The notes beneath the pieces were generated by a model. That model saw only the letters and a list, made by a program, of their open reading frames with translations. It was not told the DNA's origin and did not search any database. Shown in pieces: positions 20,178 to 29,805 of a DNA stretch of 64,000 nt. Location of the stretch: positions 732 through 64,731 of the forward strand of contig DAORGN010000003.1 of assembly GCA_035340095.1 (NCBI GenBank), read 5' to 3'. Numbering within the stretch: the stretch's first letter is position 1; every line of letters starts with the position of its first letter. Made by a program: the position numbers and the translations under genes. The DNA comes from Pseudomonadota bacterium. GTDB taxonomy: Bacteria; Myxococcota_A; Polyangia; Palsa-1104; JAEUJZ01.

Positions 20178-21497
20178 ATGCAAAGACGAGTTGTGGTCAC
20201 CGGCATCGGACTGTGTACACCGCTTGGACTGGGTCGCGAGGCGAGCTGGAAAGCTTGCATAGCGGGGCAGAGCGGCATCGGACCCATCACCCACTTCGAC
20301 CATTCGCTGTTCACCACCCACTTCGGTGGTGAGGTCAAAGGGCTTGATCCGACGACGTTCATCGACAAGCGCGAAGCCAAACACCTGGATCTGTTTGTCA
20401 TTTTCGCGCTGTACGCCGCCGAAGAAGCGATGGCCCACGCGCAGCTCAAGGTCAGCCCCGAGCCCGCCGACAAGCCTGGTCTTTTTGTGCCTGGTGCGCA
20501 GCTGCCGTTTGGGGCGCGCAGCGACGGAAGCTATCCATGCGATCGCGTCGGCGTGTTCATTGGCGCCGGTCTTGGCGGTGTCAGCCACATCGAATCAACG
20601 CACTCGACGCTGACCGAGCGCGGACCGGGTCGAATTTCGCCATACTTTGTGCCGCAGATCATCATCAACATGGCACCGGGCCTCTTGTCGATCCGCAAGG
20701 GTCTAAAAGGTCCGAACATGAGCCAAGTGTCGGCCTGCGCGACGGGAGCCCACGCCATAGGCGAAGCGGCTCGCACCATTTCTGAAGGCGCTGCCGACGT
20801 GATGATTGCGGGTGGAACCGAAGCCACCGTGTCGCCGCTCGGCGTCGGTGGTTTCAATGCCATGCGAGCGCTGTCGACGCGCAACGATGCACCGGAAAAA
20901 GCGTCGCGCCCGTTTGATGTCGATCGCGACGGCTTTGTCATCGCCGAAGGCGCCGGCCTGCTCGTGCTGGAAGAACGCGAGTCGGCGCTGCGTCGTGGTG
21001 TGCCGATTTTGGCCGAGCTGGTCGGTTACGGACGTTCTGCCGACGGCTATCACATGACATCGCCGTGTGTCGACGGGGAAGGCGCGCAGCGCTGCATGCG
21101 AATGGCGCTTCGCCAAGCCCACCAGCACGGCATTTCACCGACTGACATTGGCTACATCAACGCCCACGGCACATCGACCCGGCAAGGCGACATCGCCGAA
21201 ACGGTCGCGATCAAAGCGGTATTTGGTGATCACGCCCGCAAGCTCGCGGTGTCGTCGACGAAATCCATGACCGGACACCTGCTTGGGGCCGCCGGTGGTG
21301 TCGAAGCCGCGTTTTCGATCCTGGCGCTGCAAGACGGCATCTTGCCGCCGACCATCAACCTCGATAAGCCCGACCCCGAGTGCGATCTCGACTACATCCC
21401 GCACACCGCGCGCGCGGCCCAGAGCCGGGCGGCACTGTCCAACAGCTTCGGTTTCGGCGGCACCAACGCCTCGCTGATCTTCGCCAAGCACATCTGA
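20178..21497 (+). CDS. fabF: Beta-ketoacyl-ACP synthase II
   Basis: Start trimmed to [11 protein letters not shown]. Catalytic Cys in [10 protein letters not shown], His in NAHGTST and GHLLGAAG, C-terminal [11 protein letters not shown]. Confidence 0.93.
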   Translation: MQRRVVVTGIGLCTPLGLGREASWKACIAGQSGIGPITHFDHSLFTTHFGGEVKGLDPTTFIDKREAKHLDLFVIFALYAAEEAMAHAQLKVSPEPADKPGLFVPGAQLPFGARSDGSYPCDRVGVFIGAGLGGVSHIESTHSTLTERGPGRISPYFVPQIIINMAPGLLSIRKGLKGPNMSQVSACATGAHAIGEAARTISEGAADVMIAGGTEATVSPLGVGGFNAMRALSTRNDAPEKASRPFDVDRDGFVIAEGAGLLVLEERESALRRGVPILAELVGYGRSADGYHMTSPCVDGEGAQRCMRMALRQAHQHGISPTDIGYINAHGTSTRQGDIAETVAIKAVFGDHARKLAVSSTKSMTGHLLGAAGGVEAAFSILALQDGILPPTINLDKPDPECDLDYIPHTARAAQSRAALSNSFGFGGTNASLIFAKHI

Positions 21498-21509
21498 CAT
21501 AATTCCTTT

Positions 21510-21926
21510 GTGGACAACCGCGATTTTCGCCACGAGTGCGTTCGCCGTGGCGATGTGCTCATCCTGCGTGTGCGCGGCGAGTTTACGCTCGACGACGCGC
21601 GCGCCTACGTCGCGATTCGCGATCAGATTGGCGCCGAGCAGAACTATCTGCTGCTGCTGATATTTGCCAGCGAAGCAACCGGCATGCATCCCGCGGCACG
21701 CCGTTACGTCGCCGAACACGCCACGCCGCACGAAGGCAAAAACAGCGCCATTGCCGTCGTCGGAGCCGGCGCGATTCTGCGGGGACTCCTACAGCTTCTG
21801 TTTTCGGCCATCACCCTGCTTGGCCGGCGTCCGGTATTCCCAAGCTTTGTCAGCGATGAAGCCACTGCTCTGCGTTTTCTCGATGAGCAGCGCCAGCGCA
21901 TCTACAAACAGCTCGGTCGAAAGTAG
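21510..21926 (+). CDS. Small STAS/SpoIIAA-like fold protein (hypothetical)
   Basis: GTG start 12 nt after fabF. 138 aa. The pattern LILRVRGEFTLDDARAY...AIAVVGAG resembles STAS-like alpha/beta domains. This is a weak, pattern-only call. Confidence 0.45.
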   Translation: MDNRDFRHECVRRGDVLILRVRGEFTLDDARAYVAIRDQIGAEQNYLLLLIFASEATGMHPAARRYVAEHATPHEGKNSAIAVVGAGAILRGLLQLLFSAITLLGRRPVFPSFVSDEATALRFLDEQRQRIYKQLGRK

Positions 21927-22004
21927 CCCCGTTCCCCGTCGCTTACGCATCGCCGCGCCGCCGCCGTTTCATCTTGCTATGTTTCATCGAGGACTCGGTT
22001 TAGA

Positions 22005-24356
22005 TTGCCGGTTCCTATGCCTTCCCAGCCACATGAATCTGCCCCCGCATCACACGTTCCAGCTACCGCGTCTTCGCACCGCACGGCGCTTGGAATCGGC
22101 GCACTTGCCTTGGTGATGATCTATTACGGGATCTTTGTCATACGCAATTTCAGCGGCCCCATTGGTGACTATAACGAATCATTCCTGCACGAATACTTGG
22201 CCTGGTACGCATCGAAGCACATCTCGCTGTGGCCAATTCCGACCCTTCATCTGCATACCGATCAAGTCCTGTATCCGTTCGGTGCCAACGTCGCGCTACA
22301 GAGCTGGTGCGTCGAGCGTGACGTTCTGTTTGCGCTGCTCAAACCGCTCTTTCCCAACGCTCCGCTGCTCCAGCTCTACTACTTGCTTGGTGTTGGACTT
22401 AGTACAATCGGTAGCTATCTGCTCCTTCTGCCGCGCTTTGGTGCGCTTCGATCGGGCATCGCGACCGTGCTTGCGCATGCGTTCAACTTTTATTCGATGC
22501 AGAAGTACGCCTATCACTTCAACATCGCGTGCTACCACTGGACCACGTTAGGAATTGTCTGTGACTTTGTGCTAGTGAAAACTGTCGTCGCTGATCGCCT
22601 GATTCCGCTGCGACTTCTGCTGCTGCGATGTTTGCTTCTGGCGCTCGCGTTTGGTCTTGAACTGGGACACGTACTTGGCTATTCCCTGACTTCGTTTCTG
22701 TTCGCCAGTGCCTATGTGGTGTGGTTTGTCCGCAGCGAGCAGCGCCAAGGCAGAATCGCCGTGCAGCAGCTTTTCCACAGTCTGCGCGATCAGCTTGGAC
22801 GCGACCGTCTGTTTGCACTTTTGATGCTGTCTTCGACGCTGGCGGTTGCGTGGCTGTATGGCGCGATCACGTTCGGAATCGTTCGCGACTCGCTGTCGGT
22901 GGGTAAATTTCCGGGCCAAGCAGCAGCCTGGTGGGCAAGTCCCTTGCGTCTGCTGATTCCCTATACGCCGTGGCTTCATCCATCCATGCAGCCGCTGTTT
23001 AACCACGTCCTGGGCGACCTTGCGGAAGACGGAATCGGCTGCGGCAGTCCGGGGCTGTTTCTGCTCTTTCTGGCCGGACTTGGCATCTACCAAACCAAAG
23101 CGTGGCAAAGACGATCGCCGTACTTCTTTTTGTTCGCATCGTTTTGTCTGTATGTCCTCAGCGGCGCACATCTGCCGCTCCTCAAGCTCCTTCCGTGGTT
23201 CGCATTCTGTCGGGTCTATTCCCGATCCACGCTGGTCTACAGCACGCTGTTGGCGCTTTTCGCACTGGAAGTTTCCTTTTCGGTTGTGCGCACGTCGATC
23301 CGCCGCAGTCTGCTCCTGCTTGGAATCTTGGGAATCGGCGGACTCGAACTTGTGACCGTCGCCCAGATCAAGCGAGAGCTGCCAGCGTACTCATTTTCTG
23401 CGCAGCAAAAGGACTACCTTGCGACCATCAAAAAACTTCCGGGTGAAGCGCTGCTCGACTTCCCTTTCTGTCTCACCGGAGGCAACGGTGACATAGCCGG
23501 ACTCTGTCCGCTGTGGCAGCGGTTAAAAGGGGTCTACGCACTCCAGCGCTTTCACGAAAAGAAAGTGATCGGACAGTACTTGGGAAGACTGCATCCCAAC
23601 CAGACCGCGCCGTTTGTGCGACAAGGATGGGATACCCTAAACGATCCGGATACGCTGCGCATGACCATCGCGCAAAGACAGCGCCGCTGCCTGACTTCCG
23701 ACGAGTGGTTCTTCTTCGAGCAGTTCTATCTGTACAACGACTTTGCCGGGATTCAGCTTGCGATAGACAGGCTGCCTCCGGGCTGTCCGGAACAGTTTTA
23801 CAAGCGCTACGGAGCCCCGATTGCAAGCATGGAGCTGGCCGGAGCAGGACGCCTGGTGCTGATTCCCAAGCCGCTCTCGCAGCACGCGCTCGTGAACAAA
23901 GAGATGGGCAAACAAGTCACGCTGACGCGCACCGAAGCCGCGCTGTTCAAGCGGAAGCTCGTGGCTGCGGATCTTCAGGTGAGCAGTCCCACGGATGTTC
24001 ACGAGATCACAGGCAGCGAAGGACAGCCACAGTCCTATGATTTTGTCGACGGTGACGGCATCGTGTACGGACCCTATGTGGCGCTTCCCAAAGGACGCTA
24101 TGTGGCGACGTTTGAACTGGAGGTTCCGCAGCCGGGCACAGGCACACTTGCCAAGCTGGATGTCGCCGCACACAACACGTCATTTGCAGCCACCAAAGTG
24201 CAAGCCGATTCGTTGCCTTCCGGACGACAAACAGTCGCACTTCCGTTTGAACTTTCGGAACGGACTTCAGGGATAGAAACGCGCGTGTGTGCAAAGGGCA
24301 CAAGATTCATTCTGCACAGCATCACCCTCGAACAGCTTGGCACACAGAACAACTAA
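22005..24356 (+). CDS. Large polytopic membrane protein with a C-terminal soluble beta-rich domain (function unknown; possibly GT-C-like)
   Basis: 783 aa. More than 10 hydrophobic segments over about 450 aa are followed by a soluble region of about 300 aa. The start is uncertain (TTG 22005 or ATG 22017). Confidence 0.6.
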   Translation: MPVPMPSQPHESAPASHVPATASSHRTALGIGALALVMIYYGIFVIRNFSGPIGDYNESFLHEYLAWYASKHISLWPIPTLHLHTDQVLYPFGANVALQSWCVERDVLFALLKPLFPNAPLLQLYYLLGVGLSTIGSYLLLLPRFGALRSGIATVLAHAFNFYSMQKYAYHFNIACYHWTTLGIVCDFVLVKTVVADRLIPLRLLLLRCLLLALAFGLELGHVLGYSLTSFLFASAYVVWFVRSEQRQGRIAVQQLFHSLRDQLGRDRLFALLMLSSTLAVAWLYGAITFGIVRDSLSVGKFPGQAAAWWASPLRLLIPYTPWLHPSMQPLFNHVLGDLAEDGIGCGSPGLFLLFLAGLGIYQTKAWQRRSPYFFLFASFCLYVLSGAHLPLLKLLPWFAFCRVYSRSTLVYSTLLALFALEVSFSVVRTSIRRSLLLLGILGIGGLELVTVAQIKRELPAYSFSAQQKDYLATIKKLPGEALLDFPFCLTGGNGDIAGLCPLWQRLKGVYALQRFHEKKVIGQYLGRLHPNQTAPFVRQGWDTLNDPDTLRMTIAQRQRRCLTSDEWFFFEQFYLYNDFAGIQLAIDRLPPGCPEQFYKRYGAPIASMELAGAGRLVLIPKPLSQHALVNKEMGKQVTLTRTEAALFKRKLVAADLQVSSPTDVHEITGSEGQPQSYDFVDGDGIVYGPYVALPKGRYVATFELEVPQPGTGTLAKLDVAAHNTSFAATKVQADSLPSGRQTVALPFELSERTSGIETRVCAKGTRFILHSITLEQLGTQNN

Positions 24357-24375
24357 CTGGAAAAGGACGTGTCCC

Positions 24376-25248
24376 ATGCAAGCGCTGCACCGTTTCGGAA
24401 CTGCACTGTCTGTTCGGCTCTCCGCCGCATTCCTTTTTGGAAGTCTGCTTGCAGTGACCGCCTGTTCCCCCGCACGGGTCGGCGTCGAAATTGATGACAT
24501 GGGGGTGCCCCAGGATCTGACGGTGCGCCCACCCAGACCGGACCTTGCGCCGCCGCCGGTTTATGATTTCGCGCTGCCCGATGTTCATGTGGTGATCACC
24601 GCAGACAACGCCTATGCATTCGGCTTTGGCTTTGCTGATCGCGTCACCAAGCTGAACGGACGACCGAAAACTGTCGTCGCTGGCGACATTTTTAACTGTC
24701 CGATAGGGGTCGGTCCGGAAGCCTACGACATCCCTGCCGCTGAAGCCCCAGAGTCTTCCTATCTTTACATCGTGGCCTGGGCCGATGATGCCGTCACCGA
24801 AGGTGTACTCGGCCAGTTCGAGCGCAGCGGAACACCGCTTTACACCGGCGATGCAAACTGGCAAGTCTGCGCCACAGGTCAGTTTTACGATCCCGGACCA
24901 GCCGGTGGTGGACCCACGTTGGACGTTGTAAACCAAGAGCTTGCGCGCTGTAACACAGCAGCCGGTTCACCGGCGACCAGCAGCGCCGGTTGGGTATCGA
25001 CCACAGGGGCCGTCACACCGGGCGCAATCGGCAACTTGGCGGTCGGCGAAGACAACAGCTCCCCAGATGGTGACTTCCCGATCGTCTGCCAAAAAGACGC
25101 GATGGGACAGCGTGGCATTGATTCCGGAGCCCGCTGGATGTGGTACAGCCCCGACGGAAAATCGCCATTCCGTTACACAGGTGGAAAAAATCCAACCCGG
25201 ACCTTCCTGATCTTCCGTCTGCCCAGTCGCGTCGTGGTCATCGGGTAA
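24376..25248 (+). CDS. Lipoprotein, function unknown
   Basis: Start trimmed to MQALHRFGTALSV, with lipobox LLAVTAC. It lies 20 nt after the preceding membrane-protein gene. Confidence 0.6.
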   Translation: MQALHRFGTALSVRLSAAFLFGSLLAVTACSPARVGVEIDDMGVPQDLTVRPPRPDLAPPPVYDFALPDVHVVITADNAYAFGFGFADRVTKLNGRPKTVVAGDIFNCPIGVGPEAYDIPAAEAPESSYLYIVAWADDAVTEGVLGQFERSGTPLYTGDANWQVCATGQFYDPGPAGGGPTLDVVNQELARCNTAAGSPATSSAGWVSTTGAVTPGAIGNLAVGEDNSSPDGDFPIVCQKDAMGQRGIDSGARWMWYSPDGKSPFRYTGGKNPTRTFLIFRLPSRVVVIG

Positions 25249-25260
25249 GCGCGCCCGGCA

Positions 25261-26157
25261 CTACTTGCGCAGCGACACCATCGTCACACCGCACAGAACC
25301 AGCACACTGCCGATAAGCTGGCCCATCGTCACCTGTTCACCCAGCAGGAAATGGGCAAGCAGAATCGTTGACACGGGGCCAATCGTGGTCAATATCGCGG
25401 CGGGTCCGGAACCCACCAGACCGATTCCTTTGGCCAACAGCCAGGTCGGAATCACCGTCGCTACGGTCGCCAAAAGCAGCCCGTATCCATACACCGGCAG
25501 CGGCAGGCCCGAAAGCGGTCGACCGGCCACAATCCAGTGCACAAAAATCGCGACCGTGGCCGACAGAAGTGAATAGGAATTGAAGCGTGCCGCACCCACT
25601 TTGGGAATCAGCCGACCCGCGCCCAGAAGATACAGCGCATAGCCAACCGAACATCCCAGCACTAGCAGCGAGCCCTTCATCACGAGCGGACCGGACAGAT
25701 TTTGTTCGTGATGAAACACAATTCCCATGCCCGCATACGTGACCCCAAGCGATAGTACATGCAGGCGGCGCAGCGGCGTTCGGAAGAGGAGTGCCGCCAA
25801 GAGAACCACAAAGGTCGGATACAGAAACAGAACCAGTCTTTCGAGGGAGGCAGAGATATACAAAAGCCCCAGAAAATCAAGCATGCTAGATATGTAATAT
25901 CCAGTAATTCCCAGCAGCACAGTCAGCGCCATTTCACGTTTGCTAAGCCGCGCGGTCGCTTTTTTTTCCGAAAAATACGCGGTCAGCAGAAGCAGCGGCA
26001 CGGCCATGAACATCCGCAAGGACAATACCTGAAGCGCATCCGCGCCGAGTCGATAGGCCAGCTTGGCCAGGATCGCTTTGGTTGAAATGGTGATGCCGCT
26101 GAGCAGCACCAACATCGCACCTTCGATCCGCTGTTTGGTCAGGTTCCCATCTGACAT
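25261..26157 (-). CDS. EamA/DMT-family transporter
   Basis: Start trimmed to MSDGNLTKQ (ATG 26157), 23 nt downstream of the methyltransferase stop. It has about 10 TM segments and the duplicated EamA-like organisation. Confidence 0.8.
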   Translation of the reverse strand: MSDGNLTKQRIEGAMLVLLSGITISTKAILAKLAYRLGADALQVLSLRMFMAVPLLLLTAYFSEKKATARLSKREMALTVLLGITGYYISSMLDFLGLLYISASLERLVLFLYPTFVVLLAALLFRTPLRRLHVLSLGVTYAGMGIVFHHEQNLSGPLVMKGSLLVLGCSVGYALYLLGAGRLIPKVGAARFNSYSLLSATVAIFVHWIVAGRPLSGLPLPVYGYGLLLATVATVIPTWLLAKGIGLVGSGPAAILTTIGPVSTILLAHFLLGEQVTMGQLIGSVLVLCGVTMVSLRK

Positions 26158-26179
26158 GATCGCTTCCCAAGCGAACCCC

Positions 26180-26974
26180 TTATGGGGGCGAATCGCCGTC
26201 GCTGCCTTCATCACTCCGATCGCCAGAAAGATGCGCCACGACAAGTCGCAGTCCGGCATCCATTGATTCCTGATTGCGGAGCTTGCCGAACTGTTCGTCC
26301 CAGCGACCATGCTTCAGATCGGCGCGAAGTTGGGCGATTCCCTGCACCAGCTCCACCGGATTGAGAAGCTGAAACGCCGACATCGAATTTCGTACACTGG
26401 GATCAAGATACACTTCCGGTCGGCCCCAAAATGCATCAATGAAACCGTCGGTGCAGTCGTGCGGAATCAAGACAGGGATGCTCGTCACCGGTCCCAGTGC
26501 TTCTTCAAAAAAACTGCGCGCTGGCATCCGGCGACGATGCGCGGCAGCGATTCCGGGAAAGTACACATTGGTGATCCAGCGATCGGGAAACACCTCACCG
26601 TGCGGAAGATAAGTCAGGATCACGATGCGCTGGCGGGCCACACGACGCAGCTCACGAAGCCCACGCGGAACATCCAGCCAGTGATGCACGGTCATAAAGG
26701 CCGTCACGGCATCCACCGACTGATCGATGAGTGGCAACCGTTCCGCTTCGCCAACGATCGCTGGCGCCGCATCAAGTGGACGCTGCCGGATCATCATTTC
26801 AGATGGTTCCAGCGCGACCACTTTGCGATTCGGCGATTCATAGGAACCGGTTCCGGCCCCGACGTTGAGCACCGAAACACAGTCTCCCAGCGCCTCTTCG
26901 ATGAGAGCCGCGAACCGTGGGTCGGGACGCCGCTTCCGCTGATAATCTCTGCCAATCCGATCGTACCGAGCCAC
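26180..26974 (-). CDS. Class I SAM-dependent methyltransferase
   Basis: Motif I is VLNVGAGTGS. An acidic residue after beta-2 (VVALEPS) and the post-I/II motifs are consistent with the Methyltransf_11-like fold. Confidence 0.8.
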   Translation of the reverse strand: MARYDRIGRDYQRKRRPDPRFAALIEEALGDCVSVLNVGAGTGSYESPNRKVVALEPSEMMIRQRPLDAAPAIVGEAERLPLIDQSVDAVTAFMTVHHWLDVPRGLRELRRVARQRIVILTYLPHGEVFPDRWITNVYFPGIAAAHRRRMPARSFFEEALGPVTSIPVLIPHDCTDGFIDAFWGRPEVYLDPSVRNSMSAFQLLNPVELVQGIAQLRADLKHGRWDEQFGKLRNQESMDAGLRLVVAHLSGDRSDEGSDGDSPP

Positions 26975-26989
26975 TCTTTTTCGCTTCCG

Positions 26990-27757
26990 TTACAAAGGAC
27001 GAGGCGGAAGTTCGTAGCATTCTGGCAAACGATCGACTCCGCACCGCAGCGTCTCACACCAGTTCAAAAACTGTGTCACCATTTCGCGACCGCGAAACAG
27101 GGCCCCATGTTGCGGCGCAATGACTTCAATGTCCAGCGTTCGGACAAGCTTGACCCACGTTTTCAGCGCCAGGCTGGACGCCATGTAGCGCTTGTGAAAT
27201 CCGCTCATGAAAGGTACGTGGTCTTCAAAGTCCGGAACTTCACGGTATTCGCAGCCCAGCGACGCACCAACATCCCCGGTGTAGAGAATTTTGGACGTCG
27301 GATCATACAAGTGAAAGTTTCCCGCCGAGTGCAGGAAGTGAGCCGGGATCAGCGCCAATTCCGATCCATTGAGATCGAGCCACATTCCTTCATCCGGAAT
27401 CGCGCGCAGCCGATGTTCAAACTGCTCCTCGATCTCGACATGCGGAATGAAGCGTAGCCAGAGCAGCGACACGTATGCGAGCGCATCGGTTGCCCGCAGC
27501 CAATCGTTGATTCCTGACACTATGTCAGGATCTTGATGGGACAAAAACAGGTGGCGAATCTGTGCACCACCCGACATCACAGCGGTGTCCTCAAACAACC
27601 GCTGGAACACCGCGTGTCCCCCAGGATCGAGGAGAATGCACTCGCCGTTGTGAACGATCAGGTGGTGGTTCGCCTGCACCGCGAGGCCGGAAGTACCGAG
27701 GTTCTGGAGAAGAATGTTGCTATGACTCTCGCCGCGAAACAGGGTGATCTCGGACAT
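26990..27757 (-). CDS. Metallo-beta-lactamase-fold protein
   Basis: LLDPGGH and the variant metal motif LSHQDPDIVSG, with later His/Asp ligands (GDVGAS, PQHG), fit an MBL fold. Confidence 0.72.
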   Translation of the reverse strand: MSEITLFRGESHSNILLQNLGTSGLAVQANHHLIVHNGECILLDPGGHAVFQRLFEDTAVMSGGAQIRHLFLSHQDPDIVSGINDWLRATDALAYVSLLWLRFIPHVEIEEQFEHRLRAIPDEGMWLDLNGSELALIPAHFLHSAGNFHLYDPTSKILYTGDVGASLGCEYREVPDFEDHVPFMSGFHKRYMASSLALKTWVKLVRTLDIEVIAPQHGALFRGREMVTQFLNWCETLRCGVDRLPECYELPPRPL

Positions 27758-27799
27758 CGTGGTCTTGCTCCTGTCAGATTCTGCTTACCAGCGACTGCG

Positions 27800-28240
27800 T
27801 TAGGGGGCCCGGTCGTGTCGAATCGTGCCGGATGAAAACAGCCGCGAGCGCCGCGCGAGGAATCGCTCCACAGCCTGTGTCAGCAGCTTGGGATCGCGCG
27901 ATTTCGGAATGGAACCATCAGCGCCACAGCGACGGGCAAGCTCGGACAGCTCCGCCTCTGGAAGCGAGGAATGAAGCAGAATCACAACGCCTTTCCCATA
28001 GCTGGCGGCACGCACAAGCTGACAGACTTTGTCACCCGTAATGGACGGCATGTTCACGTCGACGATAACCATATCGGGCTGGTGACGAATGACCTCACGG
28101 GTGATACCAAGTGGAGAGTCGAAGCTATGGACTACATACCCCTCCGCTTGCAAGAGAAGCTGAACGTAGGTAAGAAATGTTTGACTGTCGTCGAGCACAA
28201 AGATTTTGGCTCGCTGATCATGTTGCGGAGCGCGCTCCAT
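27800..28240 (-). CDS. Single-domain (CheY-like) response regulator
   Basis: Acidic pocket VLDDS, phospho-acceptor VIVDVNMP, conserved LHSS and IPKS. No output domain. Confidence 0.88.
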   Translation of the reverse strand: MERAPQHDQRAKIFVLDDSQTFLTYVQLLLQAEGYVVHSFDSPLGITREVIRHQPDMVIVDVNMPSITGDKVCQLVRAASYGKGVVILLHSSLPEAELSELARRCGADGSIPKSRDPKLLTQAVERFLARRSRLFSSGTIRHDRAP

Positions 28241-28690
28241 GGGAATCGTCCTCTGGCGAGGTGTTCACTCGGTGTAGGCCCGCATCATAGCAGGCACCCG
28301 CTTTTACTGTCGAACGTAATATTGGATGACAGTCCCACTTTGTCAAATCACAACACATGACAAAAGTCGCAAACGACATCCACAGACATCAATATATGTA
28401 GCATTCTATAAGCTTCATATTGAGTAGTATGTTTCCGCATTTTCCGTCGGTTCGGAATCGCACGGAGACAGCATTGGCTCAGCATCCGACCATTGCGCCG
28501 CACAAGCAAAACGCATCTCCGATCGATGCATATCGACGCGATCCCCAGTCAGAAGATGTCCGGGCTTTTCCGGTGACGACAGTATTACAAAAAATAGTCC
28601 GTCTGCGTTTAGCTAATGATTTTTGTTCCGCAAGTACGGTCGGGTCCATGTAAAAATGGATCATCGATACAGCCGGGGGGCTGCTTCGCG

Positions 28691-29203
28691 ATGGGGGAAG
28701 CCAGCAAAGTGTCAGGGGTCACGCAAGAGCTGCTCATTTTCGAGCTTGGGGAACGGCTCTATGCACTCCCTTCGAGCCAAGTCAGAGAGGTGCTGCGGGC
28801 CTTCAGCGCGGTGCCGATTCCCAATGCGCCCGCGATTGTCGAAGGACTCCTGAATGTCCGGGGTGACATCATTCCGCTGCTCAGTCTGCGTCGCCGTTTG
28901 GGAATCGCGGAGCGTCCCCTGTCTTTGACCGACCACTTCATCATCGCCAAAGAGGGAAGTCGGCTGCTGGCCCTGCGTGTCGATCGTGTCGTCAATCTGC
29001 AGCGCGCCAGCTTCCAAAGGCCTTTCGATCCGGGCCGCTATGCGTCGGGAAGCGAAGTCATCTCTGGCGTCGCCACGATTCCGGATGGAATGGTTCTGAT
29101 TCACGATCTGGGACGATTCCTATCCGCTGAGCAGAGTGAACAGCTCGACCGCGCAGTCCGTGATGCAGCGGGAGCCGTCCGCGAAGAAAAGGAATCGACA
29201 TGA
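28691..29203 (+). CDS. cheW: CheW-like coupling protein 1
   Basis: Start trimmed to MGEASKV. The CheW fold pattern is LLIFELGERLYALPSSQVREV...VEGLLNVRGDIIPLLSLRRRLG. Confidence 0.85.
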   Translation: MGEASKVSGVTQELLIFELGERLYALPSSQVREVLRAFSAVPIPNAPAIVEGLLNVRGDIIPLLSLRRRLGIAERPLSLTDHFIIAKEGSRLLALRVDRVVNLQRASFQRPFDPGRYASGSEVISGVATIPDGMVLIHDLGRFLSAEQSEQLDRAVRDAAGAVREEKEST

Positions 29204-29805
29204 GCCAGGAACCAAAGAGCCACTTCCAGCAGCTCATTTCTCGGCTGGCCAAGGTCGCGGCGGCGCTGGATGAATCGTTGGCACACACCGAAGCCCGTGT
29301 CCGCGAGCAGCTTGATGCCCGCGCCAGACTGATGGCGTATGCCGTCGACCGCGTGCGCAGTGAAGACCAGGGGATGGAAGTGCTGGCCTTTTTGCTCGGC
29401 TCGCAGCGCTGCGCCATCGCGACTCGATTTGTCATCGAGATGTTTCCCGCTCCAGCCATCACCCGCTTGCCAGGAACCGACCCATACATTTTGGGAATCT
29501 GCAACGTGCGGGGACAGCTGCTCTTGGTATTCGATCTGGCTCTTCTTTTCGGTTTCCCTTCACAAAAGACAGACAGCACCATGCAGATTCTGTTGCTTGG
29601 TGCAGAACGTCCGGAATTCGGTGTTCTCTGTTGTGGCGATGGACTGACGCTGCGGCTTCCCAAGTCGAGTCTGTCACGCTCTGCCGAACTGCATGAGCCT
29701 CCGTTTTTCGGCTGTATTGATGCAGTCACCAGCGACGGACTCCTCCTATTCGATGGAAAAGAGCTGATGCGAGATCAGCGGCTCTTTGTCAACCAGACGG
29801 GATGA
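29200..29805 (+). CDS. cheW: CheW-like coupling protein 2
   Basis: ATGA overlap with cheW-1. The pattern is LAFLLGSQRCAIATRFVIEM...ILGICNVRGQLLLVFDL. Confidence 0.8.
   Translation: MSQEPKSHFQQLISRLAKVAAALDESLAHTEARVREQLDARARLMAYAVDRVRSEDQGMEVLAFLLGSQRCAIATRFVIEMFPAPAITRLPGTDPYILGICNVRGQLLLVFDLALLFGFPSQKTDSTMQILLLGAERPEFGVLCCGDGLTLRLPKSSLSRSAELHEPPFFGCIDAVTSDGLLLFDGKELMRDQRLFVNQTG

Noticed and set aside
22005-24356. Apparently lower GC3 codon usage in some genes (this one, and the 6.6-9.2 kb and 28.7-38.4 kb blocks) as a sign of horizontal transfer
   Set aside because: This is only a by-eye impression. There are no flanking integrase, tRNA or direct-repeat boundaries. It would need a computed GC3/codon-adaptation profile before any claim.
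28420-28653. 77-aa ORF in the divergent region upstream of cheW
   Set aside because: It has no RBS or motif and sits in a probable regulatory or leader region. Support is insufficient.
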